Below, one piece after another: positions 36,375-50,393 of a DNA stretch of 64,000 nt (its first letter is position 1; each line of letters opens with the position of its first letter). The DNA lies in the NCBI GenBank assembly GCA_013265495.1, contig MU058345.1, forward strand, positions 62,001-126,000, read 5' to 3'. The notes beneath the pieces are model-generated. The model was not told where the DNA came from. It ran no database searches and saw only the letters and a program-made list of their open reading frames with translations. The position numbers and the translations under genes were made by a program. The stretch comes from Vicugna vicugna. Its lineage: Eukaryota.

Positions 36375-39300
36375 AGCAAAGAAAAGGAGATAGAGAGCTT
36401 GTGAAGCCGTGAAAACCCAATAGGGGTAAATGTTTAAAGCCAGGAACAAAAACCATTCAGAGATAATTAAGTAACAGGCTGCAGGTTCCAGACTCCTGCC
36501 CATTGTCAGGGGACTTGGCCTGAGATTCCAGCCGACTCTACCTCTCCTCCTCCCCCGCCTTTACTCCTTGTCCTCACTCACCAAGAGGATGGCAGGGAAG
36601 CAGCCAGGGAGCACCAACCCTCCCTCCAGTCTTCTTCCCCTCGACTGGGGACTGCCCTCTGCACTCCAGCGCCAGCTCCCCAGACCAAGACTGGACAAGC
36701 TTTCTCTCGGGCACTATTAGGAAAACTACAGTCTTTGTAGGGCAAATAGCAAAAAAGGCTTTGGTCAGATCCACAGAAGACTTAGATGGATAATTAACTT
36801 GTAGGCTTTCTTTCCTTGGATGATCTCGAGGGTGAAGGAGGCAGATGTCACAGGCAGGCTGACCTCTGTTGACTGTCACCCTCCAGGTCTCCGAAACGCT
36901 GGGGTACCTGGGCTCTTCCTAAGAGGAGGCGGTACAGTCTAGTCTGGGAGCTTCTCAGGGCTGCTTAACTGTGTTTAATGCTACCCCTGATTCCTCTCTG
37001 AATGCTCCTTAGGATTTTTCCAGCAGGCTTAATCTTCCCAAGCCTCAGGATGGCCAAAAGCTAAGCCGATACTTTGAGGTATACTCTGCAGAAATAAAAA
37101 AGAAAAGAATACCAAAGTACTTTTTAAAATTTTTTAAATGAGTCTCCCGCAGTCACCTCACTCCCTCCCCAGACGCCACAACAGCTGGCTGGCCCCTCGC
37201 GCCATCTCCTGGGGTGGGGAATGATCTTTTGAGTTCTGCCTCCCCCTATCTTCAGGTGCCTCCCAAGAAATCCTGGATCTCAAAGGAGGCTATGATGTTC
37301 TTTTCTTCCTCTCATCTTGGGATGCAGTTCTGAACTGAAGGCCAAAACAGCTAAGTCGCAAGGGTTCTGTTTTATATCCGCAGCCCTGCCTCCCACTGTT
37401 ATCACCCACCTCCAGTCCATTCCTCCACATACTCCCAATTTTATCCTTAGACTAAGCTAGACCATCAGAGAGTGGCAAACCGAGATGAAACGGGTCTGGC
37501 CCCTAGAAGAATTGCTTTCACTGAGCTGAGCGTTTGGCACCATGCCACCAGCCCGCACTCAGGAATGTTCTGAGGGGCAGCCCCGCGAAACTCCTTCTTG
37601 TACTTATGGTCGGGATGCTGCCCGGGACGCGGCTCACCACATCAGAGTGACCTGGTATGAGGAGCCACAGGAGAAAGTTGTGTAGTAGTGCTTTTCCTAA
37701 GCCACTGGTTAATTTTTATTTAGTGGATACATGTAAATTGCATCACTAAGTTTGAATCTTTCCTCTTTGCACTTGCTGCTTGGAAGCTCAAGGCTCACCT
37801 TGCAGTTCATCTCCAATGAGGACCTTGTGGCATGTATTTAGTATTATAACTTTACTCCACCTTCAGTTTATTTCTCCTGTGCTTATTCTCTTTCCCTGCT
37901 TGCCACCGCCATCCTCACCCAATGTCTAATGTCACCCCTTCATTTATTCTTCATGTCATCGACTCTATGTATGCTGCCTCAAATCTTTGGAACAAATTGA
38001 ATTAATTAAATGAGCTAAAATATAGAAAACATATAGCATAGTGCCTGGCACATAGTAAGCCAGCAGCTACTAAAATGTCAGCTACCATTTTAAGTAGCAA
38101 ATAATATAAATTGTCTGTAATCTTCCTTTTTTTTTTAAGAGGTGCTGTAAAGATGGGCCAGAGGCTGTGGAGAGCTATTTGAGTCTTGCAGATTAAAGGC
38201 TGTCTGTAAATATAGTTAACTCTCAACTGACCCGGTAGAGAGTGGAACCTTGAAATGGATAACACACAGCCACTGATTTTTTTTAATCTTTTTTTTTTTT
38301 AACTTTGGAATGCATCATGGCGATAATAATGATGATAAAAATCAGATTTGCCTTGCTTATTAGAGTTGACTTGGACTGCTATTTAAATGAGTTTCTAATT
38401 CCCTGATCACACCAAGACTGACAACCGAGACGTTCTGGGTGGCAAAGGGAATCAGCTTGCCTGGGATTAAGATTTTTCCCTGGATAATCTCCAAAGGGAG
38501 AAATCGACATGCCAGTTGTGAGTGAGCTGCGGGTAATTGAGAGCTGAGAGTCTTTCGTGGGAGGGGTTATGCCTCGCTAAGCCCAGGGAAGACAGGAGGG
38601 TAACACAAGAAGAGGCTGACCTCTGTTTGTGAGCCTGACACAACCTGATCTCCATCAGGTGAGGCTGGCCCGGGTTCTTTGTTTCTTTCTTGTCTATTCA
38701 TTTCCAAACAACTTTTCATTGGGTCCTGGAGGAAAAAGAAAAAGCAGAGACGAAAACACAACTGTCACCCTTGACAGCCTTGTTTTGTTCAGCCCCCCAT
38801 TTACGGAACATTTATTCGCTCCGTGCTAGATGCTGTTGGGTGTCATGGGTGTGTGGGGAGGAGAGCTCTCTTTCCCGCCTCAGGGCCGGCTTCTGGTTCC
38901 GTCGCCTCTAAGTTGGGGAAACTGTCCTGTGGGTACCCAGCCCAGGGAACCGGCGTCCCGAGCCCTCATCAGAGCCCTCCTTTCCCCATTCCTCCTCATG
39001 CATTTCTCAAGGTCCCTCTTCCTCTCTCTCTGCTCTCATTTCCTCAAGGTCTTTCTCTCCAGCCCTCCCTCATTTACTCTGTTACCTCTCCAAGGTCCTC
39101 TCCTCTTCAAAGCCCTTCTTTTCTGTTCACATTTTCAAGGTCTTTCTCCTTTTTTCTATTAAAATCATTTTTTAAGAAAGAAAACAGCTTTCAAAAATTT
39201 TTTTCTGTCTTTTTCTCCTTCAGATTTTTTTAAAACTCTTTACAAATTACTTATAAGGTAAAGAAAAAAAAAGGCAACCCCCCCAATCTCTCAGTTCTTT

Positions 39301-41789
39301 TGCGCAGAAGACAAAAGATCCTTCAGAATTAGAGAGGAAGGGGGAAAAAAAGATTCCAGTTAAAAATCTTCATGAGGGTCAAAAACCTGACAGAAAAGCT
39401 TTGTTTGAAGGGAATGTGAAGGGGGAGGAGGAGAGGGTTGGCAACTAGCAACTCTCAACCTCAAAAGGCAAATATCTTGAGGGTTGAAGGAAATCGGGAG
39501 ATAGTGCTCATTCCCACTGAAGTATTAGCGTAGCTCTGATTTCCTTTTCAACCAGAGAGTCTTCTCCTTTGGAGGCTGGTGGAATTTGCTGAGAAGAATT
39601 GGGGGGGTGGGAAGGAAAGGCAAGCAGGAAACTACCATTTTAATTTCATGCCGGGGTCAGAATTGTCAAGAATCAGAGTCGAGATGATGGCAGAGAAAGC
39701 TTAGGCCTTGAAACGTAGGTCCCATTGGGCTGCACCACTGTTCCCGGTCTTCATGCTTTCCGAGAGCGGGAACAGGAAGGGGGTAAGCGGAGCGGAGGCG
39801 TGGTGGGAGGCCCGGGGGGGCTGGTGCAGTATGAAACTCTGGGAGTGATGGGCGGGTGGGCAGACACATGGCAGTGCTGTCATGGAACCGGGATGGGGAG
39901 AGATGGCCGCCCACCTGGGAGTGGGGTGTCAGAGGGTGAGTGTTGTGCAGACAGAGATGGGAGGTGGGGGAACAAGGTTCCAACTGCTCATAACTCCTCC
40001 AGGACTTTGGGCAGAAGAGATTTAGAAGTGTCCTTTGAATTGAGGAGTAGTGAAAGCAGAGGGTAACACGGGCATTAAGGAAGGAGTGTCAAGAACAGGA
40101 AGACTAGAATGACGAGGAAGACACAAGGCGGACACTTGGACCAGAGGGAACACTAGAATAAAGAAGGACGTGCAAAGAGAGGACAGCCGCTCATCACTCA
40201 TTCAGCCAAATAAATGTCTACCTTCCCAGGAGGCCATGTGGATGGCAGTGGATGGGTCAGCTTGGGAACTATTTGTGGCAAGTGTTTAAATCCCAGGCTG
40301 CTTTTGCCCCAGCGCCTGGTATCCAGCCATCGACTGATGTGTGACGAGGGAATATGAACCGATTTTAATATTAGCCTGAACAAAACATAATTAGGGAGAG
40401 AAATTGGCTTCTGCTGTTCTGGTTGCTGCAGCAAAGAAGTTACATAAGGTTCATTCAAATGACTTGGAGCCATCTTCCCCGTTCCCGTCCCTGTGTCTCT
40501 GACTTGAACAAAGAAGTTGAGGGCCAGAGCCTCCACCCTTACCTTCTGGAAGTCCCGGAGGCTGGCATGCTGCCTGGGGGCAGATCTCAGACCCTCAGCC
40601 TGTAAAAGGACACTGGTCAAGGACACAAATCAAATAAGTCAGTACATAGTGCAATACACTCAAAGGGGTAAAAGAGACAAGGGCTAGAAAGAGGGGCAGA
40701 CTGGATGGGGAAGGAGTAAAGAGCTGAGGCAAAGCATGGCTCCTGTGATGGGGGGAAGCAAGAAAAAAAAAGAATACTGAGTTATCCTGAGACAGCTGTA
40801 GAAGAACAGGATGGATGGACGGATTCAGGATGGAATTAACCCTGGGTATATCCTGTCTTACTGCGACTACAATCTAAGGTGAGCAAAAAAGGAAAGGATG
40901 TGGAGCATTTTGGTAGAGGCTCTTTGGGTGGTTGGGCAGGGGTGAGGGAGTGAGTGGCAGCGGAGGTGACTTTCTGGGGGTAACATTCACGGGGAACGTT
41001 AAGGCCATGGACACCTCCCAGGCTGAGCTCCACGTGGCCCCCTGAGAGCGAGCTGTTCACTCGGGGCACTTCATCTGGGTGGAGGGAGGCAGGAGTGGAA
41101 ACTCTAGGCCTAATTGCTAGGTCTCTCTCAGCTCTTCCAGGGAGCACAGGGCAGGAAATTCCTCAAATTCCAGGCTTGTAGGATCATTGCTGAGCGTAAC
41201 CGCAGAGCAAGGGAAAGAGGCAGAGAGGGCTGCCTCCTCTCCATCTTTTTCCCTTCGCAGTTTTAAAGCAGCAGCAAATTAGAAGGGTTTAGTGGGGCTG
41301 ATGGCTAAGAGGGAGGCCCCAAGCATAGCAGTCTCCTATAAAGAAAGTCCCAGGTCTGGGAATCCCAGAGAAACTGGCCCTGAATTGAGTAAGTTTGAGG
41401 TTGAAAATTGACTGCTGTGGACTGGGACAGGAATTTTTCCCAGGGTGATTTTTTTGTTTTGTTTTGGTTTGGTTTGGTTTGGTTTTTTTGTTAAGTTCTG
41501 AGGAATAGCCAGTGGAAAAGAACTTGCTTTAGGAGAACCTGAGCAAGAACTATCTTGTTGAAATAAATGATGGCCAAGCAGGGAGCACATGGAAGGGGTC
41601 TTGGGGGTTTATGGAATTTCCTTTTGCTCAAAGAGGGAAGCCAGCCAGGTCTCCTCCCACAGCTTTAGGCGAGGAGGGGAGCGCCGATTCTGTTCCACAC
41701 ACTGTTCCCTGGACAGCCCATACATCTTACCTCCATGCTCATTCAGGCCAGTGATGCCTTTTCCCATCCCATGCCCTCTGAAGTCTGGA

Positions 41790-42110
41790 TTTGCCTTCAA
41801 GGTATACTTTTAATGCCTCCCTCTTAAGGTAATCTTCTATACTCCCTCCAAAGAATAAACTGTTCTTTCCTTTGGACTTCCGAAGCAAATTGCTTGAATT
41901 TTGACGTGGCGCTTATATTCTGTCTTAATCATAGTAAGCTGTTGACCTGTCTCCCTCACCAGACTATAAGGCTTCTGGAGGACAGGGAGTGTGTCTTGCT
42001 CCTATTTGTAACTTCCCTCTCTGACCTCTCCTCCCCATCACATAGCAGGGTGCCTGCCACACAATAAGTCCACACACGTGCACACACACACAAGTGTTTG
42101 TTGAGTGAAT
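41790..42110 (+). mobile_element. L2 3' end
   Basis: ctgtctccctcaccagactataaggcttctggaggacagggagtgtgtctt...gggtgcctgccacacaataag...tgtttgttgagtgaat. Confidence 0.72.
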
Positions 42111-45100
42111 ATTTCTGGTCATCGGCAGGTCCCTGTAATGAAATTTTAATTCAAAGTCTGGTTCCTTTTCCAGCTAACCACTTCTGTTCCTTACTATCAC
42201 TTAATATGCGTTCACAGGATGCAAACACTTTTAAAATATTATCTTCAGTAGAACATAATTAGGTGCTGCTAAAAGCTCATTATCATGCTTTCCAAAGCCA
42301 AAAAGAAGTGACGTTTGCATTATCCGCACCACCAGTCTTCCTCAGTGCTACTGATAACTGAGATGTGAACGTTCCCCTCATCACTGCTGATAGGACCGCC
42401 GTAAAGGGCAGTTTGTATTGACTAGGTCGGAGGAGGAAGGGGCAGTGGCCCACGCCTCTGTAATTCTTCTCTGTGCCTGTGCATCCTGGGATTTGCCCAG
42501 AGCACTTCGTGTTGGTGGTCCCGCCCTCAGCAGCAACCTAAAAATGGCCAGTGTGGGCTGGCATCAAGGAAGTAGCTCCACCAAAACCTCAAAAATTCAG
42601 TCAAAAATATTGTATCCTGGACTTTGTTCTAGAGCTGTTACATTCTTTCTTGGGATAGGATTATAAAATCTTTTCATTTCTTCTTCAGACCTGTGGGGCC
42701 CCTTTTGTTATCAGATCTCTTTTCTGGGTGACAAGGGCAGATTTTTCACTGCACTTGAATGCAGATTTTCCACACACACACAAAAAAAAACCAAACCAAA
42801 ACCAAACAGTTCAGCTCTCTGCATGATGTCAAAATGACTCTTCGGTTTGGCTTCTCCAGTCAGCTGGTGACAGAGTCACAGAGCACGAGGCATTACCCCC
42901 ATTTTGGTTTCCTTCCTGACTGCTAAATGAGCTGTGTGACTTTGAACAAGCTGCTTAACATCTCTGGGTCTCCGTCTTCCCTAACATGAGGAAGTTGGGG
43001 TGGTTAAAAGCAGAGGTTCTTTTTAGCTGTAGTTTTTGTGTGTGTGTGCTTATATATAAAATTATTATATGTTTTTAACTTCCTTTTACCTGGAGGAAGA
43101 CCAAGGTGGGGGGGCCTCTGGATGCTGGGCATGGAGGCTGTGGTGGGCTTGATGAAAGGGGTTTTCCTTTGCCCCTTCTGTTCACTTGTCAGGTTTCAGG
43201 GGTAAATTATGCCTATAATTACCAGGAGATATATATGTCTGCTGAAACTACAGATAAATATAACGCAACCTGAGGCGTTAAATACTGAAGGGACAGGAAA
43301 TAATACCTGGTATGGTTATAGATGATTTGGCCAGTCTTCCTTAAAGGGTAAGTCTGGAGCAGGGCTCAGAAGGAGGGGACGTGGCACGGATTGCAAGGGG
43401 AGAAAGAAATCCACTCCAGGTGTGTGGGCGGGTGCGGGTGGGGTGGGGCTTGGTAGGCAGCTATTAAAGCTGTGTGCACCTGGATTCTCAGTAGGCAGCG
43501 ATTGTGGGTTCTTGAGAAGTGGGTCAACATGATGAAGTTCGAGAGGCATTCAGATTTCTGGGCAAATGGAAGTGGGGAGAGGAAAAAGCAGGGAGGATGC
43601 TGAAGGGGCCATTATCATCCAAATGAGCTCAGTGGGATAGGAACGGTGTGGAAAACACTGTAAACATCTGGAGGAAGGGAGTCTCAGAATTCAATCGCTT
43701 CAGTCATTTAAGTTGCGCTAAACACCTACTGTGTTCTGGGGTGTCCATTCTCCAAAGGACCATAGAGGTGACCTATTCTATGAATGAGGAAACTGAAGGT
43801 CAGATAAGGGATGGGACCCGTCCAGGGCCACACAGCTGATTCTGATGGGATCGGGGCTTCAGCCCCACTCCAGTTTTCTTTACATGACAGCTAAGTACCA
43901 TCCATGTGGTGCCTGAGGAGCTCCCCTGGGTGTCGAGTGACCTTAACACACCTCAGGAGCTCTGCTAGAGATGGGCTGTCCCCTACGGTCAGAAGTCAGG
44001 ACTTGCCCCAGATCCGCTACCAGCTGCCAGAATCCCAGGCTCTGAGATTTCAACTCCCCACCCAGTTTCTAGCACAGATTGCCCAATAACTTCATTGCAA
44101 GGGAGGGAGGGGATCCAAGTGCTCGGGCAAGCACGGCTCTGCTGGGCTTCTCTCTCGCCCGTCCACATCTGTATTCCTCTGAACGGCATGAGAACAGCTG
44201 CAGGCCTTCTGCTAAAGAACCGCAGGACCTGTTTCCAGCCTGCTTCTCCCTCCCAGGGACTCTTATCTGCATGTACCCACTGTGGTGCAAATGAGGACAG
44301 ACCTCGGATTTGGTCCAGGAGGAGCAAGGAGGAGGCGGGAGTGACCACCCCAGATGATGACAGGGTCCACAGATAGGGTCTGCTGGAGTTCTTTTTGGGG
44401 CCCTGTGCAGCTCCGTAGGTGTGGCCTGCAGCCATGAAGTGGGCCAAGCAATTACAAAGTTCCCTCTGGGCTTGGAAAGGGCAAAACGTGCAAGTTGTGC
44501 CCCTAAGTGATCATGTCCTTTGTGAGTGGTGGGGAGTGGCAGGAGAGAGCTGCCCCCAGATGGATAGCTTTAGCATCCTTGTTTCAGAAACCTCCATCAT
44601 CTTCTTATTGATGGCGAGAGCTCTGCAGTTCCAGAGGGTCAATAGTATGTTTTCATTTCAGTTAGTTTCAATTAATCGATCAATTATTGAGTAACAGGCA
44701 CTATTCGGTGCTGAGGAAGCAGACAGAATATAGTATGGTTGCTTGCCTTTCAGGAGTGCACAGTTAAGTATATTTTAATTTAAGACCAACAATACCCATC
44801 TCAGACATAGCAACGAGGTTGAGTACAGGGGAAGGTATTTTGGGACAGAGAATAAGCGACAGTTCTGGAAATCCCCGACCAGCAGACCAGGCCAACTATT
44901 CTCCCATCTCTGCGGAGTTGTTAGCTTCAGGACAATGGAAAGAGCACAGGAGGAGGAGTTGGGAGACTTGGCTGTCTTGCTCCCAGCATTGCCATGAATC
45001 CTCTGTGTGCACCAGGCAGATCACTTAACTGCTCTGGCACTCAGTCTCCTAATTCTAAATTGAGATGCAGTTAAATAACTTCTTAGGTTTCTTCCATCTT

Positions 45101-47334
45101 TACAATGGAATCAATCCAGGAGGACTTCCTGGAAGAAGTGCAATGTCAATGTTTGAAAGATGGGGAAAAAAAACATTGTTACTGTGCTAGGAAAGGCAGC
45201 CCTGCTGTGTAGTATTGTCTGGGGGAAAAACAGAGGTGGGAGAGGGTGGAGGGAGGCAGAAGATGGAGACAAAGGGTTTTGAAAAAGATATTGTGAACAG
45301 GTAGTGTAGGAATTGGTAGACCTGGAGGATGAGTGTGGAAGGGCCTTTGGACTCAGTGCTTAGATGATCATACCTAAAAGCATAGCAGTTTGTAGAGAAG
45401 AATTTGAAACTGAGCCCTGGCAGAGGGAATCCGGATGTATTCCCTAAGACAAGCGTCCCCCCACAGCCCTGCAGGACCCGCCCTGACCCCAGAATTAAAG
45501 GCAGCTGTATTTTTAGGAGAGAGGTTGGTGCGGCAAAACCAAGACAGTAGTTCCTCAAAGGCTGGGACTGCTTGCCCTCAGCTGAGGAAACCAGACCGAA
45601 AAAGAGGTCCTCCCTTTCGATTTCCTCAACAACAGCTGTGGGTAGCCCAGGTGTGGCTGGCAGACACCCTGTCACCAAGGTGGCCCGTGATAGCTCGTCC
45701 AGAAAATGGGTCCCTCCATGACTGCCTCCTGTGTGTGGAGAAGGAATCATCAGATTTCTTCTCCTTGGCCTTGACTCCACTAGGTGTTTCCTGTCACTGG
45801 GCTTCAGATTTGGAACTAACAAGAGAGTTTTGAACACAGCTTGGCACTTAGGGTGAGAAAAGTCACAAGTGCTCTCCCCCAAATTTCCCCCCATTCTCTC
45901 CTCCCATCAGGAAAGTATACAAATTCATCAAAATGCTCGTCTCTTCCCATGCAGTGGAGGCACCGAGAGGCAGAGGGTAAGAGCCAGAACGAAGGGAACA
46001 TGGTAAGAAAAGGGGAAAGAGAGAAATGGACCAATAAAGGGGAGCTGGAAGATAAAGAACGCAGAGAAAGACATGGGGCCAGAGAGCAGGAGAAGCAAGG
46101 AAATAGGATTCTGAGGTTGAGGATGCAGCAGGGGGAGCAGGAGGCCCAGAGAAAGCGCCCAGACGGGAAACCGAGGCAGGGGCGGTGGGATGGAGAAAAG
46201 AGGACCCTGGGAGGCGGGAGGAAAGAAAGGCCAGGGCGGGAAATAACCAGGGGAGGAAGGGGAGGAACCGTGAGACGCACAGGGAGAGAGACAGAGCCAA
46301 GAGTGGTACAGAAGAGAGAAGGGAGCGCACAGAGTAATGAGGAGGAGAGGCCGGAAGGGTGAGAGGACAGGAGAGGGAAATGGGAGCGAAGGAGGCAGAG
46401 AAGAGAGGGCAGGCGAAAACAGGCAGAAACCAGGGAGGCAGCCGCGGAAGAGGCACGCATGGCTGGTTTAATGAGCCCCGCCGCCTCTCCCACTCCCCAG
46501 GAGGAGCGCGCGCTAATTACGCAGCCATCCCCGGAGCAGGAGGAGGTCGGGAGGGATGAAGAAATGCCCTCGCCCAGCAGGAGGGCAGGGGGAGTGAGGG
46601 GGGGTGGCGCTGGGCTGGGGCTGGGGGCAGGGAGGAGTGCTGAGTCGGCAGGATGGCAGGTGGGGCCCCTGCCCCAGATTAACCAGGCCTCTCTCGGATT
46701 AGGGGCGGAGGCACAGCCAGCCCAGGGTGGGGTGGTGGGAGGAGGCGCACCTACTTCTTTAGGCACTGTGGCACTGCTATTCTCTTGGGGACGTCGTGAG
46801 AAAGCCGAAGGCCTCATGAGAAAGGGAAAGGAGAGGAAGGAGCTGCAGGCAGGGGTTTCTTCTCCCCGGCACCTTCAGGGGGCGTTTCCCCCTGCCCAGG
46901 ATTACTGCCTGGTACTGATGCTTCAGAATCGCAAAGGCACAGCAAGTAAACCAAGGGCAGGCGAAACTGGCCTCAGGCTGCTCCATCTTCCCCTCTACTC
47001 CTATCCTGCTGGGTAATGTAGGAACTGAGTTTCACATGCTAACACCGGCACTTGCTTGTCTGCACTCACACTGATCATACACCCAAGCCTCGAGGTGCCA
47101 TGGAGAACGGAGAGGTGATTGGGAGACCTCCATTGTCCCATGAGTGGTGTAGAACCTAACTGGGCTTTGTGAGAGATGGGAAACTGTATACTTAGGGAAA
47201 TCCAAGACAGTAAGACACTGTATGGAAAAGCGGAAGGAGCATGGATTTTGAAATCGGATGTACTTGATTATAATTCCAGCTGTTTATCTTACTGGGTCTT
47301 GGGCAAATTTCCAAGCATCAGTTTCCTTGTGCAT

Positions 47335-47560
47335 TAACCGAGCGCCAGGCACCTTTCTAAGTGACATGAGTGCATTTATGCATTAATGAGCTTTACAGTT
47401 GTCCTTTGAGATAGGTGTTTGGTCATCCCCTTTTTACAGAAGAGGAATCTGAAGCTCAGAGAAGTTAAGTAACTTGCCCAATGTCCCACAGCTAAGACGT
47501 GACAGAGGAGCCGGGATTGCCGTCCATCTGGTTGGGAGGTTCTGCTGTTAACTACCATGC
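47335..47560 (-). mobile_element. MIR SINE
   Basis: atcccctttttacagaagaggaatctgaagctcagagaagttaagtaacttgcccaatgtcccacagcta. Confidence 0.85.
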
Positions 47561-49237
47561 TCTGAGGCCTTTCTCCGAAATGGGGCTCATGTAACTGAGC
47601 ACAGGGCTGTGGGGAGGAGTAGGTCAGTTGAAAGCATTTGGCACATACTGGGTCCTCAGTGTGTTTGTGTCATCTCGGAACAAGGCAGTAGGTGCTAAGC
47701 TGCCACATGAATTGCATAGCCCGGAAGCTCATTGCAAATCACTTCTTACTAGGGTGCCCTGGGAAAGCTTGACCACCAGGGAGAATTAATAGGAGTTCAG
47801 ACTTGGGGATAGGGCAGGGGCACCCCCAGGGAATGAATGATAATTTAGAGACGACTTCAAAAAGAACCAACACTCCTCCCTCCCCAGGACACCCCCAAGC
47901 CGGTTTTACTAATTCCATTTCTTCTTACTCCCCTCCACAAGCTTGCCCCCACCCTCCCACCCTTAAAGACAGACAAGTCCCTAACAGAAGGCCAGCTCAC
48001 TCTGGCCTCCAGGCTTGGAACATACCACTGTCACCACCTGGTCTGCCCTCTCTCACTCCACTGCCTACCCTTGACCTTCACCTCCTGCAAAACTAGCCGC
48101 AACGCTCGGGTGGAAACTGGGACTTGACTTGCCTGGTGTGCCGCTCAGGGTCTCCTCTCGCCTGGGCCCTCAGGGTGTTCTGCTTGCTGCAGGGTCATCT
48201 TCACCTGTTGGTGTGTTGCTTGAACAGACCCTCCCTAACGCTGAGGAATGTGGAGTTGTGTGGTGTGCCCCATCCAGAATGGCTGGAGGTGGGTGAATGC
48301 AACTTAAGTGAAATTTAGGGAGAATCTGGGCTACTTTTTTTCTCGTTAGCTCTTTCCCCAGGGGGGTGAAAAGCCAACTTTTCACTGTAGCAATCAGCTA
48401 TTGCAGAGATCTCTGGAGTATTCATTGCATTTACCAGCGATGTGCCAGGCCTTCCGCCGGGCCCAGGGGCTCCAGCACACAAAACAGTTTACGTTGCTGG
48501 GGGGTGGAAAGCACTGGAGGGAGGCTTTTTCCCCTGATAAACTTCGGGGTTTGCTTAGATGTCATTTTTTTCGTTTATTTTTCTCTCTTTCTTCCTAAGT
48601 AACAGCTATATAGCACTTTTCAGTTTACCAAAGCATTTCACAAACCCTTCATTTACTTTTCACTACAGTCCCGCGAAGTAGGTATTATCTCCATGTTATA
48701 GGCTGACAGACTGTTACAAGAGAGAATTTCCTTGCTCAGGAGCCAGGGAGAGCCAGGATGCAGGCTGTGCTTGCCCCAGGTACTAGGGCGTACTCCACTG
48801 CACAGCCCTGTCTCATAAAGATTACCCTGCCCGGAGGCTCCATTTTTCTTTAAGCTGGAATAAATGACCTTTATCTCTGTGGTCATCTGCTCAGACCTTT
48901 ATTAAGCACGTAATTGTGTCTGGCTCAGCTTGGATACCATATAAAGAGATACGTATGGCCCAGCCCCTGCCCTCTGGGGGCGACCGTCTAGGCCAAGGCA
49001 CTGACATGGATAAGCCTGTACAGGGCATGTAGGCAGCAGAGTGAAAACAATAACCTAACGTGAATCGACAGTAAAGTATTTAAAGACTGTACAAGGCCAG
49101 GAGGAGTCCGTTTTTGGGGTGGGACAGGATGAACAACCCTTGCCAAGCCGCCTCGGCAGATCTCCACGGTGCCAGGCCACAGGAGTGCCTTTTCAGTACC
49201 CATCCTAATCCTCTGTCCTCTTGCTGTAACAAAGGCC

Positions 49238-49289
49238 CGTGTGTGTGTGTGTGTGTGTGCGCGCGCATGCACGCACGTGCGTGTGTGTA
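49238..49289. repeat. (GT)n/(GC)n alternating purine-pyrimidine tract
   Basis: 52 nt of perfect R/Y alternation. Confidence 0.93.
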
Positions 49290-49477
49290 ATTCTTCAGGC
49301 TGCCAGTGCACAATTGGGATGGTTGTAAGGCAAGTAGTTATGGAAGTCCTATATTTAGATAATGATGGGGAAACTTTTAGCCCTTCCTGCAGCAATATAG
49401 TAAAATTTACTCTCCTCCAATATACATCAAGTTTATCTCTTAACACTGAGCTTTTATGAGATGGAATGAGTGCCTGT

Positions 49478-49484
<7 letters not shown>

Positions 49485-49512
<28 letters not shown>
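49485..49512. repeat. (GA)14 microsatellite
   Basis: Read directly from the sequence. Confidence 0.95.
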
Positions 49513-50244
49513 ACCAAATAGCAACTCTGAAATCAGAGAGAGATGAATTCTAATCCTAGCCCTGCTAATACTGAGTCACAGTCATGACATTGGGCACTTT
49601 ATCTGAGCTGGCCAAGCCTCAGTTGCCTCCTGTGTGGTTAAGGAAATTATCTCTCCCTTGCAGGGCTGTGGAGAGAATTAAATGATATTGCGTGTGTAAA
49701 GCACTCTGTAACCTGATGACCAAATGCATTTTTGTTCGATTTTTTTATTTTGTATTTTCAGTAGGTAATGCACGTGGTACAAACATTTTGAAATGGCGAA
49801 AGGGTAAACTGACAATGGCTTTCCCGTTGTTGTTTCCGGCCCCCCTTTCTCTTCCCCTTATGTGCCTTGACCCTCAAGATCTCAGCGTAGAAGGCAGGAC
49901 GGGGGTTACTAGCCCTGTTTTTTAGAAAGGGAAGGTGAAGCCCAGAGAGATTAAACAGTTACCTGAGGTCACCCGCGTGGAAATGTGGGATTAGAACCCA
50001 GGCCTTTCTGTTCGTAAGCCAGCATGTTCTAGTCATGCTGTTCACACCTTTCACACTAGAAGGCACGGCCAGAGGGACCCTAAGTTGCCGTTAATTTGTG
50101 ATTTGGGAGCTCTAGACTCTCTCGAGAATCTCACGAAAGCTGTCGATTCCACCTCATGCCATTCAGATTGTCACATATAATTTTATATGGCTTCTGTAGA
50201 AGCTGTAACCATGCCAGTGCATTCTTTGTATCTGTCCCCCACAG

Positions 50245-50393
50245 GGCTTGAGCTTTGTGGGATGTCCCTGGAGAGCCATGGCACATGCCTTGTGACCTGC
50301 AAACAGAGACTGCTCCCCAGGAAGCCCAGCATCTGGAACCAGAAGAGCCAGGTGCTACTCCTGGCCTTGCACGTCTTATTTTTGTGACCCTAG
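50245..50393 (+). pseudogene. KIRREL1: Disabled pseudo-exon or proto-exon homologous to the rodent Kirrel1/Neph1 long N-terminal (signal peptide) exon
   Basis: Acceptor ttctttgtatctgtcccccacag|g at 50244/50245. ATG at 50262 reads MSLESHGTCLVTCKQRLLPRKPSIWNQK, 15/28 ungapped identities to recalled mouse [34 protein letters not shown] follows in a shifted frame. TGA at 50385; the expected donor position reads ag|acaagt. Confidence 0.78.

Noticed and set aside
45816..46817. 333-aa minus-strand ORF and overlapping ORFs
   Set aside because: Low-complexity S/L/P/F translation of a purine-skewed tract, with no recognisable domain or exon structure.
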